From Trichosphaerium sp. ATCC 40318 (Eukaryota > Protista > Tubulinea): 64,000 bases of DNA. The position numbers and the translations under genes are program-made. The notes below the pieces were generated by a model. The model was not told the DNA's origin and did no database searches. It saw only the letters and a list, made by a program, of their open reading frames with translations. Where the stretch lies: the NCBI GenBank assembly GCA_038496445.1, contig JALMLS010000105.1:31379-95378 (forward strand), given 5' to 3'. Below, one piece after another: positions 43,860 to 57,892 of this stretch. Numbering within the stretch: the stretch's first letter is position 1; each line of letters opens with the position of its first letter.

Positions 43860-45489
43860 TCACTTGAGCTTGCGCTTTTTAGGTGGTCTGGTATCGCCAA
43901 TGTCACCAATGGTTGGCGCTGCAAGATCGCCGATGGTTGGGGCTCCAGACATTGGTAGGGTGTCAGGGATTGTAGGTGCGGCTTGCATGTATGGCAACAC
44001 AGGTGGAGCATTGTTGATATCGGATGTTGGTGTGTTTGGGATATGTGACGTTGGCATGTTGGAGATTTGTGCCATGGTATTTGACATGAGTGTTTGCGCA
44101 GGCATGTTCATGTTGTGTTGCATTGGGATACCGTTCATTGCAGTACCTGGCATTGCCATGACGTTGGCTACAAAGCAACACATGTTAGAACTGTCAGAAT
44201 ACAATCCAAGAAATACGCACTGTGCTGTTGAGTTGTGTTGGATCGTTGTCTTGGTGTGTCTGAGTTGGAATTGTAAGTAATTTTCCATCCGCCTGTGGCC
44301 AAAAGAGGTTCCACTTGTTTACGGATTAGGCGATCGTCGATGCGGCATTTGAAATAGGATCGAGGAATGCGTGACACCTATATTAGGATGAGCAATGTGG
44401 CGGGTTACTTATTGAGTTGGATCGAGTGTAATTACAAAATACTTGAAAAAAGTAGATATGTGACCCTTTGGGGTTTTTTTATAGGTGAAGGCGCACCTTG
44501 AGTTCCTTTTGACCATATTTTCGCCAATAGTAACCGTCTTCGCCAGCATCTACGTCTGTGGAACAGTATACTTCCAACTTGTTTGTGGCCTCGTTGAGCA
44601 TGTTCTTGACATGTGCCTTCAATGCCTCTTGTGTTGTCACGGTAATTTGCTTCGAAATTTGAGGTGCGTGGCTGTGGGTACCCTGTAGCGACGAAGGTTA
44701 GTCGATGAGAATAGGGTTTTTTTTTTCAGTTGTGAGGCTGTGAGGCTAACCTTCCAAATATGTCGTTCACCATCCGCTCCTTTTTCAACCATTTTTTTTG
44801 CACCGCAACTACCCACCGTATTAGCGATGCATAACTAAAAAGGTACGTTGTTGAAGCTGAAATTTAAGGATTTTTGTTCGTTAACGGCCACATACCCATC
44901 AACGCTGCACTTGTAGTAGTGACGTGGGTAGTTACTTGCCCTGACGTTTTTTTGACCATATTTGCGCCACTTGTAAGGATCTACAACATGTTTTGTCAGA
45001 AAAGTTATGTTATCTCACATAACCCATCATGGGCTTAAAAATTACAGTCGTACCTACTACAGGGCACTGTGCACTAGGGAAGAATTTTACAACCTCTTCA
45101 CCGCTGGTGGTACGCGGTGTGGAAGTTCGCCTGGTTCTTTTTCGTGGTTTCTTTGTCTTAGTTGTGGTTGTAGCTGCAGGGCGCTGGGCTTGCGTATTGT
45201 ACCTTGATTGTTCCAACTTTATTTCAGCCTGGGGCGTAGTACCATCGGCTACACATACGAACATTAGATTCAAACCTGGTATTATAGCGAACGAGAGATC
45301 GCCACTGATTTCGTCCACAAACAATTGGAAAAGAATGCTCGCACCTCTTGGTGTTGGAATGAAGGTGCCACGACCTGCATTTCGTATAACGTGGCTTGTA
45401 AACAATGCCTGAAGCTCCGCTTGTTTTAATTTCACAAATTGTGGTTTAGCAGTATCACTAGCAGCTATTGGGTTTTGTTCGAACGACAT
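43860..45489 (-). CDS. WRKY transcription factor with two WRKY domains
   Basis: [25 protein letters not shown]...HSH and [14 protein letters not shown]...PRSYFKC; C-terminal [11 protein letters not shown]. Confidence 0.9.
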
Positions 45490-45717
45490 AAGAGCAGAGT
45501 CAAATCTATTAAATGGTCAATGAGGGTAGCCAGCTGATGTAGTATAACTATTGGAATAAATCGCACCTTGAAAACTACTTGCGGTACACCTCCACCAACA
45601 ACGGTTAGGAAGTATTTATGACTTAACAAACTTAAAATATTTAAGTCCTCACTGAACCCACGGCCCTCTTGTGGTGATTATAGAGCAGAACAGTGTTTTC
45701 TTAGCTTGGTATTTAAC

Positions 45718-48700
45718 ATGTTAACGCGATTGGTGTCTAGACACCGCCAGGTGCATTCTCGGGTACAGGACTTGCGCTGCCCGTCAGCTAGAGGTGCCTA
45801 CAATTTTTTTTTTCTAAATTTCGCATTTTTTACGCTTTCAGCGCTTCAAGCGGTGTTTTCTATGCGTAAGCGCTCCATTACTGCTTGTAAGCGGTATTTT
45901 CTCAAAAATTGTTTCTGTAGCTGTAGTCAAGAACAAATCGCAGCCAATTAGTATTCGTGGGGTTAGATTTAAGATGCAGTCGGCTTGGCACACCAGTGAC
46001 GCGGATTACAAGGGTGTACGCAAATTCCCGTGTAAAAAAAAATACTGAGACGTACACTGTACAGATCGACGCTCTAGCAGAGCAAAATGCGAAGCAAAAG
46101 CTTGAAGAACAAATACAAAATCTCGCGCCTGTCAGTGATGACGAAGTGACAAGTCGCCTTGCTGCCAGCACGCTCATTGGACACCAGCACAAAGAGGGCC
46201 TTTTTATGTTTGAACTATTTTGTTCAGTACCAGGTGGCATAGACCAAGCTTGGGATCTGTACGACAAGGAGACTGATGCACAGCAAGCTCAAGACATGGT
46301 ACGTCGTGGTTTTCCTAAAATGACAAATCGGTGATTCGATTGGACTTGTCATTTTGTATCTTGTATTTACATCTCAAATTTAGTTACGACAAATATTTAG
46401 CTTGTGTACTGCCCAGGAAGACTTGGAGAACCTAAAACGGTATGGAATTGACTGGCTGGCTTTTGTTGAATTAGAGCGGACATTGAGTACTGAATTGTTA
46501 CATGTAGATGCTTGATTGCCATTCGTGATAGAAACGTCGATTTAAGTTTGCTCAAAGCTGCTTTGAATCCAGAACTTGACCTTGATGTATCTGGATTATT
46601 GCCACTTTGGGCCAAGTTCTTGCTTCAAGCCGCACATGATCCAAACCAAAACGAGATTCTTACACGTGCTTACCAAGATTTTGTTAAAGAGAGTATCCCT
46701 CTACAGTACGTTACAACATGCTTGTTTTTCGGTTTTGCAGCTATATAAGACTGATGTATGTGGTGTACTATAGGAGCGAAGAAATTAAATTTACAGAAGA
46801 TATGATGAACATGACAGAGCAAGAGAGGAAGTTGGAGGAAAAAATAAACAGTGCCGCTGCGGTGATACAGAGGGAGCTAAAAGAAGATGGTGATGATATT
46901 GACATTGAACTCGTTAAAAGGGAATTGCGTTTAGAGACTGAAGCATTAGCAAAGGCAACAGCCAAGTATCACAAAGCAGCAGACCAAATCACCAAGTTAG
47001 GTATGTTCAACTATCCAAGAAAAACATACAGTCTGAACTGTGATCGTTCTCATGTGGTATAATTCTATAGGTAAGGGAGCGGAGCAATCAACAGTTCGTG
47101 CTCTTGTAGCGCAATGGCATGGACCAGGTAAGCTTAAACGATTGGATGATTAATATTTCTTTTATTTATTTTAACAACGTGGTTTTTAGTATCGACTAGA
47201 ATCCGACAGGCAACAGGCTTCAGACCACCTAATGCAAAATTAAGCAAGTCAGAACAACCTTTAGAATACTATCTTGGTCAATCTGAACGCATCTTGCGAG
47301 AGCTAGATCCTGAACGTTTGGCGACAATGGCTTTGCACGAGGTTTTGGGTGCATGTCTAAAAAGCAAAGAGGGTGCTTCTGTACGCACAATCTGCAGTCT
47401 GATTGGTGATGCTATCGAGGCTGAATTGCGTTGGGAGAGTATAGCAAAAGAAAACAGGTAGGCATTTGTGCTAGTTGCTCTCTCCTTCATCATCACACGC
47501 ACATTCATCTAAATTTGAATAGGCCATTGTTGTTACAGCAGCTATACAAGGCAAAACAACCTAGAAAAATAAACAAATTCGCAGAGCGTACTGGGTTGTC
47601 TCAGGTGGAACTGGAGAAAACAGACAAAATTAAGGTAGATGCCACCACCCAAATTTAAGTGTTTCTATTGCTAAGAGACGTGTAGATTGGCGCATTCCTA
47701 GTTGGTGCAATTACAGATCAATGCAGAGTACAAACAGACCCAAAGTATAACTACGGTGCAGATGATGACGTGACTCCTGATGGTGTCCGTGCATTTAGCA
47801 TCACTGGTGCAATCAAATCGAAGATACCTGGCACAAGCAAGTTCAAGTCGACCAAATTCATCAGAGCACATCCTACACTGTTTCATCAAGTGGATATGTC
47901 ACATGCTATGAGGGTAAGAACGTCAATCTCGGGACAGAACTATGTCTATAACGCGATGCTTATCTGTTTGCTATGGCTAACTTTTATACTTTCATAGGAG
48001 ACCGTGTGGGCCAGATTATATCCAATGATCGCTCCACCAAAGAGATGGAAAGGTGCCAAAGTGGTATGTGACATAATAATTTGATGATTATTGTTTGAAG
48101 AAATGAGAAAATCTTTTTGCTTCTGTTAAAGTCAGTGATATAATGGTTTTTTACTAGGGCGGCTACTACATGAGATCGAGTGATTTGATTCGGTTTGAAT
48201 CATACACTTACCAAATGAGTCCTTTGTTTGAGATCGAGGACACTTTTGATGACTACTACCAAGCGCTTGATGTCTTGGGCCGTACAGCCTGGGTCATGAA
48301 CCAAAAAGTATACTCTGTTATATGTCAAGCATGGGAGATGGGTGGAGAGATTGCGGAGCTGCCTAGCAGACGGGATATTGAACTTCCAAAGCTAGATACG
48401 CCTGCTACCAAAGAGGACTATTATAAGCTCAGAAAGGTCATGCAAAAGAACAATGAACTCCATTCCTTGAGATGCGATCTACTTCTCAAACTGGGTACGT
48501 TAAAAAAGATAGTTGCTGTCTGCATCAAATTAAGTACTTATCACGTGATATAGCAATGACAGAACGATTTAAAGATGATGTGTTGTACTTCCCGCACAAC
48601 ATGGACTTTAGGGGCCGTGTTTATCCGTTGTCACCTCACTTGAATCACATGGGTGCCGATATCAACCGTGGCATGCTAAAGTTCAAAAAAAAGAAACCGC

Positions 48701-50230
48701 TTGGCGAGCGTGGTTTTCGTTGGCTTAAAATTCACTGTGCTAATGTGTATGGTTTGGACAAGGTCTCTTTTGACGAGCGTGCTGCCTTTATAGAAGCGAA
48801 CTTAGACAGTGTTTTCGATTCTTGTGATAAGCCTCTAGATGGCGATAGATGGTGGCTTCAAGCAGGTGATCCTTGGCAATGTTTGGCTGCCTGCATAGAG
48901 CTCACAGATGCCATTCGTTCTGGCGATCCACTTACGTTTGAATCTGGCCTTCCAGTTCATCAAGGCACGTCGTCACATATTTTCTAACAATATGCTTCTT
49001 ATAGTGCGTCAATGTATTGATAGTTTGTTGTTAGAAAAATATCGAAGCTCAAAAATTCAAGTCATTGAGAGAATTCGCAGCAGCAGTCAGATTGTTTGGA
49101 GTAATGCAAAGAAATTCAACGACAAAGGGACAGCGATTCCTCAGGTGCGCCCTTTTTTACAAGCACTTTTGTACAGCAAACTGACAAGATACCTCTTCAA
49201 AGGATGATACACTGCTTCTGCAAGACCCTCAAGGCGCTTATACGCCTGATGTTGGCAGTGACTTGTTAGATCTCGTTGAAGTGAAACGGAGCGAGGCTGA
49301 AAGGAAAGATTAAAGAAGCAAGGTTTGGCCAGGCAAACTGTCGAGGCTCAGTGTGTACATGTAACATTTATTGGCGGAAGAAGGCAGATTGAGACCTACG
49401 ATGAAAAATTGGCTTTATCTCAGGTACTACAAGTGTATCAAAGTTGAGGTAGGTCACACTCATTTGTTTTAGGACAAACCTGGTATTACAGAAGAAGAGT
49501 TATACGATGCTTCGTTGTATGTTACGAGATTGACATTCGAGGCTTTAAAGGAGATGTTTCAAGGAGGTACGTGCACACCTATTGAACACTCCTTTTTTTT
49601 TGGTGGATTTCAATAACTGCTTTGCCTACGCCTGCCTCTTTGTACTGCTTTACTAATAGTGTTTGTTAGCTAAATCGACCATGGAATGGTTAGGTAAGAG
49701 CGCTCGCGTTATTGCGAAACAGAACCGTTGCGTTAGTTGGCTGACGCCACTTGGTCTGAAAGTGACACAACCATATTCCAAGTACGCTCACTCCTTCTCT
49801 TTTTTAACGAGCACTAACGTCTTTCTTTTACAGAGCTCGGCGAAGGGACAGAGTTAATACTTGTTTACAGTCTTTTACGTTACTGAAGGAGACAGATTTG
49901 CCTATTCACACTCACAAACACAAATCCGCTTTTCCTCCAAATTTTGTTCACAGCTTGGATTCCTCACACATGATGCTCACAGCCCTTCAATGCGATGCTG
50001 AAGGCATTACTTATGCGAGTGTACACGATTCTTACTGGACACATGCAGCTGATGTTGATCGCATGAGCACAATTTTAAGAGACAAGTTTGTCGATCTACA
50101 CAAACGTCCTATCCTAGAAGACCTACGAAACTATTGGCAAACAGAAGAAGGCATAGTCTTAGATCCTGTACCGGATCTGGGCGGTTTCGACATTAACGTT
50201 GTAAAGGAAAGTGAGTATTTTTTCAATTAA
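45718..50230 (+). CDS. POLRMT: Mitochondrial T3/T7-type RNA polymerase (motif A-B region disrupted at 48996-49434)
   Basis: FPHNMDFRGRVYP, PWQCLA, LPVHQ, WLTPLGL, AFPPNFVHSLD, VHDSYWTH, YFFN*. Confidence 0.93.
48996..49434 (+). repeat. Inverted mosaic copy of bromodomain-gene segment 38030-38500
   Basis: Long near-identical reverse-complement blocks, including bromodomain-gene intron sequence. Confidence 0.9.
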
Positions 50231-50454
50231 AATCCTCGGTGATGACTTGGGTACAACAGAGTATTAAAAGCAAAGCTGTTTGTGCTTGAGGGTTTTGTGT
50301 TGTAAATTATAACGAAAATAAAGTCATTGTACAAACAGGTATTGTATTGATAACCTCCCTTTGGGTGTGCACAGATACTTCGGAACCTCTTTTCGGGTTT
50401 TTTTACATCCACGTGCGATTTGCGTGCTTTTTCACGTGTTTTGTATTTGATTGT

Positions 50455-52209
50455 TTACCACATGAACCTGCTAACGACGCCGTGTTGATCATAGAAGGGT
50501 TTGTTGAGGAATAGGTGCAATGACGTTGCATTCACAGCACCGAATAGCACCATTTCAAGTATAGCAGATTGCCATGAATACGACAGCTGTATCCGCGCTA
50601 GTGCGTAACCTATTATGTAATACCGGAATTCAAGGAGGGGAGAAGGTATGAGGACGATCGCCAATGCACCAAAGTACACAAGTATTGATACAGGCTTCAT
50701 TTTGGCGAGTACGTGCAATACATACAAAACAAAATAAAAGCAGATGAGATACAGCGGAATGTAGCAGTACTTCAGTCGAGAGTCCGTCATGAACGCCCAC
50801 CTCCAAATGTAGAACGTATAATGTCTGTTGTCAGATAACAAGTACAAGTGTGGCTCACTAAGAAATCACCGTCAGTAAAGGAGTCGGCGGGCTCACTGCT
50901 AGCTTTTTCTGGTACCTGTGAAAGTGTACTAATGGTACAAGCACGGCTGCCATACACGCGGTGATGATACTGTTTCTTACCATGCTTGACACCATCCATG
51001 TTATTGCTTTGTTGATTGCTCCCACGCTCGTCATGATGGACGGTGAGAGCAGTGCTGCCGTGAATGATATCGCATACAATAACTGGGGGAAGTGGAATGC
51101 TGGCTTATGTGCCGTCTTGTCACCTGTATTATATAAGCGGATTGTGTTGCAAGATTGAAAATGTTCACTTACCAAGAACAATAGAAAAGTCATTGAGGAA
51201 CATGAACACACAAAACGTCACGGCGACTGCGATGAACGATGCGTACCGACATAGCACGTCAATGATGTTGTATAGTACCCACAACATGAATCTTAACACG
51301 TCTCGCACCAGAGTTAAGAGAGTGTCAGTAGTACTGTGGCTTTGTGCTTCTGAAGAAGAGGCATATAATCGACCACATAGATCAGCACCGGCTATCCAGG
51401 CGAGCCATATAATGTTTGTCTGGCGCATGAACAATGCAACAAATCCGAAAACGCCGCCAAAAAGAGGTTTGTTTTCAAGCATGAGCAAGTATGAGAGCAT
51501 GACTGACACCATAGCGACACCATCTGTGTAGAACAAAAAGTAGAAAAAGAAGATGGGTGGAGACAACACAATGTTCATCGTGTTCACTATCGACAGCCAT
51601 GTCCCTGTGTTTGGATGCAATCTCCTAATTTGTTAGGTTATTGTAGGCATTGTGAGTTGAACGGATGGGATGCACACGTACCTGAAAATTGTGGCCACAA
51701 CGACAACTGCTATTGCAGCTACTACTACATTAAACGATCGTACAGCTCCCACGGTGCACGCCTACATTTTTATTAGTTTACTGGCTTTGTGTGCTGGTTT
51801 TAAGAAGTACTAACCTCTGGTACCGTCTTGTTATTGAGCAGTGACGCCAATTGAATATACGGCTTTGCCACGTGATACCTGTTGCTTTTGTTAGACACAG
51901 TATTGCCACCAGGCGGTTTAGCAGTGGAGAATACGTACAATCCAGGAAATGTGGTTAACATAGGGTCCCAATACGAGTGGTTGTTATTACATGCCCGTTG
52001 CATTTGTGGTATGTGAAATATTTCATCCTAAGCCGGCGTTTAGTTGTAAACCATAATAAAATTGTATTTCTTCTCGTATCAAAGTGCCCTACGCATACCA
52101 TATACGGATCGGGGACTGTTGCTGTAATGTGTTGGCTCAGCTTGAAAAAAAGCACAGAAAGCGCCACAGCGCTCACCGTTACGCACATGTGCCAGTATGC
52201 GCTCTTCAT
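50455..52209 (-). CDS. ALG10: Dol-P-Glc alpha-1,2-glucosyltransferase
   Basis: VPDPYMDEIFH, WDPMLTTFPGLY, RQTNIIW, DNRHYTFYIWR, EFRYY, RFMW*. Confidence 0.93.
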
Positions 52210-52322
52210 TACCTGTGGCAGCCTTTTGGTATTCAGTTAAGTTTCTGACAGTATTAGAACCGCGTTTGACCTGACTAGCATCGCAAACATTCACAGCGAC
52301 GCTAACAACACCAGCACACTTG

Positions 52323-54574
52323 ATGTACAAGTTTTGTAGTCTCGCTACACGCGGTGCCTGTTTACGCACTAGACATACAGCAACACGCGTAACCAGAACT
52401 TCGAGAGCCCCTAACTCAACGCGTGCTTACTCATTAACTACACAAAACAAAAGAACTCACACATTTACCAACTGTAATCGTGGTCACGCTGTGAGCTTAC
52501 CTACGCTTGTACGTCGTAAATATTGCACCATTGAACAGCCAGAAGTGACACGTTACGGGTACAAATAATTTGGCTTCTGGATCCTGTTGGTAACACCTTG
52601 TGTAGTGAGATGACTGATAATTGCGATTTGAAAGAGAGCTTTGACAGAATAAATCAATTACAACACATCAAGTCTGGTGCCACCGTCCGCATCAGGGCTC
52701 GTGTGCATACTGTCAGAGGTGGAGGAAGCATGTGTTTTCTGGTACTACGTCAACAAGGCATGACAGTACAGGCAGGTGTCTTTAAGGGCAAGACCATCCC
52801 AAAGAAAATGATCAACTTCTCGAAAAAACTACCACTAGAAACAATTGTTGACGTGCAAGGCACACTGATCCAAAGCGACAAACCCATTGATTCTTGCACA
52901 ATAAAGTACGACTCAAAGTGTACGCCGTTATAAATGTCTAAAAGGCAATCATCTACACAGGACTATGGAAATACACGTCAGTCACATCTTCACTGTTGCA
53001 GTGCCACAATGGGTGGACGAAAAAGGAGAAAAGAGCATACACATGCCACTCACTATTACCGATGCGATGGTTCCAGGAGCTGTCCTCGTAAGTGTGATTT
53101 CAGATGCATGTTCCTCTGTACTAAAGAGTGATTGTTAGGCGGAACAAGACGAAAAACGAGAAGACATAAAAAACAGAATACAGGAGATACAAGACCATCC
53201 AACGCCAGATAAATACAACACAGAGCTGCAACAACTCATAGAAGACAGAGACAAAAGCGTAAGTGTCAAATGAATTAGCTGATCTGGTATTGACATGTCT
53301 CTTATTTTAGTGGCATGGCGCATCACAGGATCGTCGGCTCAACTACAGATCTATTGATCTACGTGTACGCAAAGCATTGAGACCCTAGGGTTGCCTGACT
53401 CCCCATGTAGACGCCAGCGAATCAAGGCATCTTCAGGATTTCATCTTGTGTGTCACGTTGCTTCCGTGAGTACTTGCAAGACCGACACTTTGTTGAATTG
53501 CACACGCCCAAACTCATAGCCGCTGCTTCTGAAGGAGGTGCTGATGTGTTTTCTGTAAAGTACTTCGAAGGTACAATTGATCTAAAATCATGACTGCATA
53601 GCCACTAACAACGTCATTTCAAGGAAACGCTTATTTAGCACAATCTCCCCAACTGTACAAGCAAATGGCCATTAATGCTGACTACAGACGTGTCTTCGAG
53701 ATAGGACCGGTATTTAGGTAAGATTCTGTAGCACTTGAATTCTATCGCCTACATCACTAACAGCGGTTGCACAGAGCAGAAGGTTCTGCCACTCATCGTC
53801 ACCTGACTGAATTTACGGGACTGGATCTGGAAATGGAAATAGAATCCAAGTCATATCAGCAAATATTCACGTTCTTGCATGGCCTATTCCGCTATATTTT
53901 TGAGCAAATTGAAACAAGGTTTATGATCCATTGCAGTAATCTGGGTTACTCACTGACTTTTTGTAGCTGCAAACAAGAACTGGAGCTGGTAGGACACCAA
54001 TTTGATATACCGACCTGCAACGTCGGCAAAGAACCAGTAGTACTCACCCACGCTGAGGCGGTAGCACTCATTAACGAGAACGGTGGTGAAATGCAGAAGC
54101 TTGATGATCTCAAGTACGTTACATTATTGCGTAGAAAAAACATAGAAACACACTTCTCATGACACGTGCAGCACAGCATATGAAAGACTACTTGGTACAA
54201 TAGTCAAAGAGAAGTATGGCGTATCTCTTTTTTTCGTTGACAAGTTCCCAAAACAAACACGCCCTTTTTACACGATGCCAGACAGCGATGACGCAGACTA
54301 TGCAAACGCATACGATGTTTTTTTGCATGGAGAAGAGATTGGCAGTGGTGCACAGCGTGTAAATGACGCAGCCTTGCTGAGGAAGCAGCTAGCCGATAGA
54401 GGTATTAGCATGGATGGAGGCTTAACAAAATACGTAGAGACCTTTGATTTTGGAAGCCCTCCACACTGTGGCGTAGGACTTGGACTAGAGCGGATTGTTA
54501 TGTTGTACCTGGGTTTGGGCAATTTACGCAAGACTTCCATGTTCCCTAGGGATAGGAAACGCCTCACACCTTGA
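52323..54574 (+). CDS. Aspartyl-tRNA synthetase, eukaryote cytosolic-type, with N-terminal presequence-like extension
   Basis: RARVHTVR...FLVLRQ OB fold, [49 protein letters not shown]. Confidence 0.9.
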
Positions 54575-54730
54575 GATTGGCCACACCTTTGTAATATAAG
54601 CGAGTCAGCACATGACATTTTGAATTGAAGTAGTTGTAAAACTAATCTTTGGTGTGACTTTTGTTTGACGGAATTTACTGATTGGTTTTTTTTTCAAATA
54701 ATAATATTTTACAACTATTACTGAAACAGT

Positions 54731-57700
54731 ATGCGCCTTTCAGTAACTAAGGTGCCTGGAGAGCGCTATGCGCTTACTAATTTGGTGTATCTGTCACCTG
54801 TTGATGCCGAGCAATTTGTTACGCCTGTAAAACCATTAAACCCTCAATCCCCTTACGTCAAGGTCAATGGATTGGTATACAACTACGCGTATCCTTACCT
54901 CTGCTGTATAACGCCAAAACTCGTTATATTTTACACCCTTGACTCTCTAGTACATTGGAATCGATACCAGTAGGTTCTATTGGATTAGCATTGGCGCAAC
55001 GTACTACAATCAATGCGAGTTATGATGAACAAGGTATGCCACGTTGCGAACAAGTGTAATTGATTGCTTTTAGTGAAAGTTACACTTCACAAGGCAAAGA
55101 GCAACGCTTTTATGGTAAATGTGTCGATTGAGGTTGATTTTTTGCAAAAGAACAAGCAAACTGACAAGGTCTTTCAAATGAAGGAGGCACGACTACTTTA
55201 AATCTGGACGATGTCACTTTTTTTGCTGACGTAATTGTACGTTTCCAGTTGGCTGAACTGATCAAAGAGACGTATGGCAAACAGTTCTTGGCTGTCGGAC
55301 AGTTCGTCATTTGCAAATGTCGCGGCTACCGATTGAAGCTCATTATAAAGTCACTAGAAACTGTCGACATCAATTTACTCCATTCTGAAACAAAAGAGGG
55401 CGCTAACAGTACGACTCCTTTTTTTTAATGTATGTTGGTTTTGTTGCAGTTGTTCTCACTAGTTTGTTAAACCAGAGTCCTCTCGTGGTATACTTATGTC
55501 AGAAACGCTCATTTCATTCGTCAAGGGCGCTGATTCTGCTATGCGGTTAGGCAGCGAAGACTATGAGGTGGTGGGTTCAGGCTCGCAGCTGTTTAAGAAA
55601 GACTTTAACTTTGAAGAAATGGGGATTGGTGGCCTTGACAAAGAATTCAGTGAGATTTTCAGACGTGCATTTGCATCGCGTATATTTCCACAGTCGCTCG
55701 TCAAAAAGCTTGGCATTAGACACGTTAAAGGTATACTTCTATACGGTCCTCCAGGAACTGGTAAGACGCTGATGGCTCGACAAATCGGCAAAATGCTGAA
55801 TGGCAAAGAACCCAAAATCGTTAACGGTCCTGAGATACTTAACAAGTTCGTTGGACAGTCTGAAGAGAATATCAGAAAGTTATTTGAAGACGCAGAAGAG
55901 GAATTTCGCAAGCGGTAAACTAATTTTTACGTTGGGTTTGTCATCATCTCTTCATGACACATTATTCGTTTTGCTTTTTTTTTTTCAAAAAACTGATTTG
56001 TACCTAAAGGGGTGACGAGAGCGATTTACATATTATCATCTTTGATGAAATTGATGCAATTTGCAAGGTGCGTCATATGTCCAGTGTGATTGGGTAGTAC
56101 TACACAAATTAAGTTTGTTCTCTGCTCATCATCATGATCATGATCATCATCATTATCACCACTTAATATTTTGTAATTTTAGTCTCGTGGGAGTGGTTCT
56201 GCAGGCGGCACAGGCGTTGGCGACAGTATTGTAAATCAGCTTTTGGCAAAGCTAGATGGTGTGGAAGAGCTAAACAACATTTTGGTGATTGGTATGACAA
56301 ACAGACCAGACATGATGGATGACGCCCTCCTCCGTCCTGGTCGTTTAGAAGTAAAAATGGAGATTTCATTGCCGGACGAACAAGGCAGATTGCAGATTTT
56401 CCAAATTCACACAGCCTCAATGAAAAAACACAAGTTGCTGGGCGGTGATGTAGACCTTGGTAATCTTGCTGCAAACACAAAAAATTACAGCGGTGCTGAA
56501 ATTGAGGTAAAAACCCATCCAGAATGGATTTGTGACTTGACAACCCCTTTTGCCAACATTCCAAATCCTCATCCGCATTTTGTTATAGGGTGTTTCAAAG
56601 TCAGCGGCGTCATATGCTATGAACAGACACGTAGACGCAAAGAACCCTACAAAGCCCGTTGATCCGTCCAAGATCAAGGTCATGCGAGATGATTTTGCGC
56701 TGGCTCTTAATGTACGTCTTGCTGTCACTGTCAACCCCCTTGGGGTATACCATTCATTTTAACCAAAATACAGGAAATCAAACCAGCTTTTGGCGTTTCT
56801 GAGGATCAATTTGCCTCTTGTGCGTATATCTTGTCTCATAGCAAAACAGTTGTGTATTTGTCTCACCTGAATTGATGTAGGTGCTACAAATGGCATCATT
56901 CATTACGGACCTAGGTTCGCACGTGTACAGGCCACAGGACAACGATTCATCAAGCAAATGCTGGAATCATCAAGGACAAGAATATTGACTGTTGGTATAT
57001 GCGGTATGTCTTCAACAAAACAGCGTCACCTTAGACATTGGACATTTCTTGTTTCATATCGTGCGTCCAGCAGAAAGTATGTTAATATACCATTGCAGGT
57101 GCTCCAGGATCTGGTAAAACAGCATTGGCAGCTTCTCTTGCCATTAGCAGTGGTGTCCCATACGTCAAATTGATCACTCCAGAGGCGTTGGTTGGGTGCA
57201 ATGAGCGTGTCAAAGTAGACAAGATAGCCAAGGTCTTTGAAGACGCATACAAATCCAAGTTCAGTGTAATCGTCGGTACGTGCGCTGTAGTATATACAGA
57301 GTGTGACATAGTAACTCTCCTCATTTAACACTTATTTTCTTGCTATATAGTTGACGATATCGAAAGGCTATTGGACTACGTCGGTATTGGACCGCGCTTC
57401 TCAAATGTAGTATTGCAAGCTCTGTTGGTGCTCTTCAAAAAGATTCCACCAAAGGGCCGGCGCCTGTGCATTCTGGCGACCACATCTGCCCTGGAGACGC
57501 TCAATCAACTAGAGTTTGCTGGTGTGTTCCACGCTACCATACAAATGCCTAGTGTACGCGGTGGTGAAGAAGTTCAAAAGGTACTCAAGTGTACATGTCG
57601 CACGTTACTAATAGAGTTTGCCTTGCAGGTCTTGAAAGAGTTGGGCGGCTTCGAAGACGATGAACTTGCGCAAATAGCTGTTGCATTTAATGACATGATA

Positions 57701-57892
57701 CCGATCAAGAAGCTCATCAACATTGCTGAAATGGCAAAGCAACAGGCAAAGGAACAAGGAGGTACCAACCAAAGCGCACACACATAACAACATTCTCTGG
57801 AATAACCACACATACAAGGTGCTACAATGCGTCATTTTATGCAGTGCATGGGTGACTATGGATACAATCTAGCGAGCGCAGGAAGGCCGTAA
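54731..57892 (+). CDS. NSF: N-ethylmaleimide-sensitive factor (Sec18)
   Basis: [52 protein letters not shown]. Confidence 0.96.

Noticed and set aside
48908-49207. 99-aa ORF as an independent bromodomain gene
   Set aside because: Frameshifted product of the mosaic copy inside POLRMT.
45718-50230. Phage-type RNA polymerase as a prophage or viral insert
   Set aside because: Intron-rich with a targeting-like N-terminus; it is the normal nuclear-encoded mitochondrial polymerase.
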